A DNA stretch of 64,000 bases from an uncultured beta proteobacterium. Its GTDB lineage: Bacteria; Pseudomonadota; Gammaproteobacteria; Burkholderiales; SG8-39. The notes beneath the pieces were generated by a model, which saw only the letters and a program-made list of their open reading frames with translations, was not told where the DNA came from and made no database searches. Positions within the stretch are counted from its first letter, which is position 1, and each line of letters begins with the position of its first letter. Shown piece by piece: positions 61,520 to 64,000 of the stretch. Location: the NCBI GenBank assembly GCA_903859155.1, contig CAIOLO010000116.1, positions 124 through 64,123 of the forward strand. The letters run 5' to 3'. A program made the translations under genes and the position numbers.

Positions 61520-62389
61520 ATGCCCTCATTTGATACCGTCGCGCTGATCGGTCGTTACAACGGCCGCAATGGCGCCGAATCCGTCGACGCGCTCGGAGTG
61601 TTCCTGCTGGGGCGCGGATGCCGCGTTCTTCTGGAAAAGGATAGCGCCGTGGCCACCGGCATCGACCGGTTCGAGATCGCCGACTATGCCGAATTGGGCA
61701 AGCGGGCCGATCTTGCGGTGGTTTTGGGCGGAGACGGCAGCATGCTCAACGCCGCGCGCAACCTGGCGCGCTTCAAGGTGCCTTTGATCGGCGTCAATCA
61801 GGGGCGCCTCGGTTTCATGACCGATATCACTGCCGGCAGCATGCTGGAGGCCGTGGCTCAGGTGCTGGAGGGGAAATTCTCGGTTGAAGACCGTACCCTG
61901 CTGGTGGCCGAAGTGGTGCGCGCCGGTGCCAGGACGTTCTCGACCATTGCGCTCAACGACGTGGTCGTGAACAAGGGTGTGGTGGGCCGGTTGATCGAAT
62001 TCCTCGTGCACATCGACGATGAGTTCGTCTACGATCTTCGCGCGGACGGTTTGATAGTGGCCACGCCGACGGGGTCTACCGCCTATGCGCTGTCCTCCAA
62101 CGGGCCGATTCTTCAACCGACGGTTCCCGCCCTGGCGCTGGTGCCAATCTGCCCGCATACCCTGTCGAACCGCCCGATTGCGGTCAGCGACGGCTCGCGC
62201 ATAGAAATTACGCTCAAAAGCGCGGTCGATGCCCTGCTGCATTTTGACGGTCAGCCACAGGTCGGACTGCAGGAAGGTGACAAGGTCATTGTCAGACGCG
62301 CCGACCATCCGATACGGTTTATTCATCCGCCCGGGTACAGCTATTTCGCGATGCTGCGTGAAAAGCTGCACTGGAGCGAGATGTATTGA
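61520..62389 (+). CDS. nadK: NAD kinase
   Basis: GGDGS, GRLGF, ALND, TPTGSTAY. Confidence 0.97.
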   Translation: MPSFDTVALIGRYNGRNGAESVDALGVFLLGRGCRVLLEKDSAVATGIDRFEIADYAELGKRADLAVVLGGDGSMLNAARNLARFKVPLIGVNQGRLGFMTDITAGSMLEAVAQVLEGKFSVEDRTLLVAEVVRAGARTFSTIALNDVVVNKGVVGRLIEFLVHIDDEFVYDLRADGLIVATPTGSTAYALSSNGPILQPTVPALALVPICPHTLSNRPIAVSDGSRIEITLKSAVDALLHFDGQPQVGLQEGDKVIVRRADHPIRFIHPPGYSYFAMLREKLHWSEMY

Positions 62390-62406
62390 TCGGGGCGCGC
62401 ATCAGC

Positions 62407-64000
62407 ATGCTGCGTCACTTGTCGATCCGCAATTTCGCCATTGTCGAGGCGCTGGACCTGGAGTTTGAGCCGGGATTCACCGCTTTGACCGGTGAAACAG
62501 GGGCGGGCAAGTCAATATTGATTGATGCATTGGCCCTGGCATTGGGTGAGAGGGCCGATGCCGCGCAGGTTCGCCCGGGAGCGGAGCGCGCGGAGGTTGC
62601 CGTGGAGTTTTCCCTGGAGCCCCAGTCCGGGCTGAAATCCTGGCTGTCGGAACAGGCGCTCGAGGGCGATGCGGACCGGGTTTTGCTGCGCCGCGTGGTG
62701 GACAACGGAGGGCGTTCGCGCGGCTTCATCAACGGCCATGCAGCGACGCTTGCCCAACTGCGCGAGGCGGGCGAGCAACTCGTGGACATACACGGCCAGA
62801 ATGCGCACCAGTCGCTGTTGCGCGTCGAGGCGCAGCGCCGCTTGCTCGATGAGCATGCGGGACTGGCGGCGCAGACCGCGGCTGTCGGGCAGGCGTACCG
62901 TGAATGGCAGCGATTGGCCAGGGCGCGCAGCGAGCACGAAACCCACGCCGCGGCGCTCAACGCCGAGCGTGAACAACTGGCCTGGCAGGTGGATGAACTG
63001 GCCCGGCTTGCGCCCGGCGAAGGCGAGTGGGATGCCATTGATCTGGAGCACTCGCGGCTTGCGCATGCGGCCAGTCTGCTGCAGGGCACGCGTTCGGTCC
63101 TGGAGCAACTGTCGGAAGCCGATGGCGCGGCAGGTACCGCCATAGCCGCGGCAATTTCGACTCTGCGCGGTCTGCTGGAATACGACAAGTCGTTGCAGGA
63201 TACTGTTGACCTGCTTGACTCAGCTCAGGCCCAGCTTGGCGAGGCCACGCAGACGCTCAGGCGCTATGGCGACAAGGTCGAGCTTGATCCGCAGCGGCTT
63301 GGCGAGGTCGAGCGGCGCATGGAGGCGCTCCATGGCGCGGCACGCCGCCATCGCGTCGCGCCGCAGGAACTGGCCGCGTTTCTGGAGCAAAAGCGCGCAC
63401 GGCTTGCGGAACTGGACATTGCCTCTGATGTCGCCGCGCTGGCGGCTACCGAGAGTGCCGCGCGTTCCGGATATCGCGAACTCGCCCGCAGTTTGAGTGC
63501 GGGGCGCAAAACCGCCGCAGCCAGACTGTCGCGGGAGGTCAGCGCGGCGATGAATGACCTGGCGATGAAGGGGGGGCGCTTCCAGGTGGTTCTGACGCCG
63601 CTTGCAACGGACGGGAGTGCTTATGGCGAAGAGTCGGTGGAATTTGCCGTCAGCGCCAATCCGGGCATGGATCCGCGGGCGTTGGCCCGGGTGGCGTCCG
63701 GGGGCGAACTTTCGCGGATCAGTCTTGCCATCATGGTGATTGCCAGCGCGGCGGCAAAAATTCCGACCATGATTTTCGATGAAGTCGATGCCGGCATAGG
63801 GGGAGCCGTCGCCGAAATCGTGGGGCGCCGCCTGAAAAAACTGGGCGGGGGTCGCCAGGTATTGTGCGTGACCCATCTGCCGCAGGTGGCGGCGCTGGCC
63901 GACCACCAGTGGTCGGTATCAAAAATTGGCAAGAACGCCAGGGACGTGACGGCAGTGAGCAAGGTTGTGGTGCTTGACGACAAGGCGAGGATCGAGGAAA
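62407..64000 (+). CDS. recN: DNA repair protein RecN (runs off the window end)
   Basis: MLRHLSIRNFAIV, TGETGAGKS, IHGQ, SGGELSR, IFDEVDAGIGG, VTHLPQVA; missing from the ORF track because no stop falls inside the window. Confidence 0.95.
   Translation, partial: MLRHLSIRNFAIVEALDLEFEPGFTALTGETGAGKSILIDALALALGERADAAQVRPGAERAEVAVEFSLEPQSGLKSWLSEQALEGDADRVLLRRVVDNGGRSRGFINGHAATLAQLREAGEQLVDIHGQNAHQSLLRVEAQRRLLDEHAGLAAQTAAVGQAYREWQRLARARSEHETHAAALNAEREQLAWQVDELARLAPGEGEWDAIDLEHSRLAHAASLLQGTRSVLEQLSEADGAAGTAIAAAISTLRGLLEYDKSLQDTVDLLDSAQAQLGEATQTLRRYGDKVELDPQRLGEVERRMEALHGAARRHRVAPQELAAFLEQKRARLAELDIASDVAALAATESAARSGYRELARSLSAGRKTAAARLSREVSAAMNDLAMKGGRFQVVLTPLATDGSAYGEESVEFAVSANPGMDPRALARVASGGELSRISLAIMVIASAAAKIPTMIFDEVDAGIGGAVAEIVGRRLKKLGGGRQVLCVTHLPQVAALADHQWSVSKIGKNARDVTAVSKVVVLDDKARIEE

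Overview
High-GC betaproteobacterial chromosome window. From about 26.6 kb onward it is mostly conserved core: leuC-ecn-leuD-leuB-asd-fimV-truA-trpF-trpB-DNA methyltransferase-trpA-accD-folC-dedD-cvpA-purF-metZ; lpxH-ppiB-ppiA-LD-transpeptidase-TPR; cysS; dnaJ-dnaK-grpE-ctaA-hemH-hrcA; nadK-recN (partial). The first 26 kb is more accessory: MFS, cbpAM, crcB, Bug, rtcB, an LLM monooxygenase, a CusRS-like two-component system, bioFDA and selO. Three things stand out. (1) A hidden 577-aa selenoprotein (UGSC-like, U-G-T-C motif) is split by the ORF track at an in-frame TGA that is followed by a SECIS-like hairpin, and it sits directly upstream of selO. (2) A translationally coupled three-gene module encodes an AAA+/DUF4143 ATPase fused to an MNT nucleotidyltransferase, a zeta-like P-loop protein and a 52-aa protein, with a perfect palindrome over its start codon and no HEPN partner. 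(3) An islet of about 1.1 kb is bracketed by two copies of the metZ 3' end, 1360 bp apart, that differ only at synonymous sites. It carries a hairpin-rich non-coding segment, a small membrane ORF and an IHF-beta gene fused in frame to the MetZ C-terminus. No rRNA, tRNA, CRISPR array, integrase or transposase was recognised. All assignments come from reading motifs by eye; no database searches were run.
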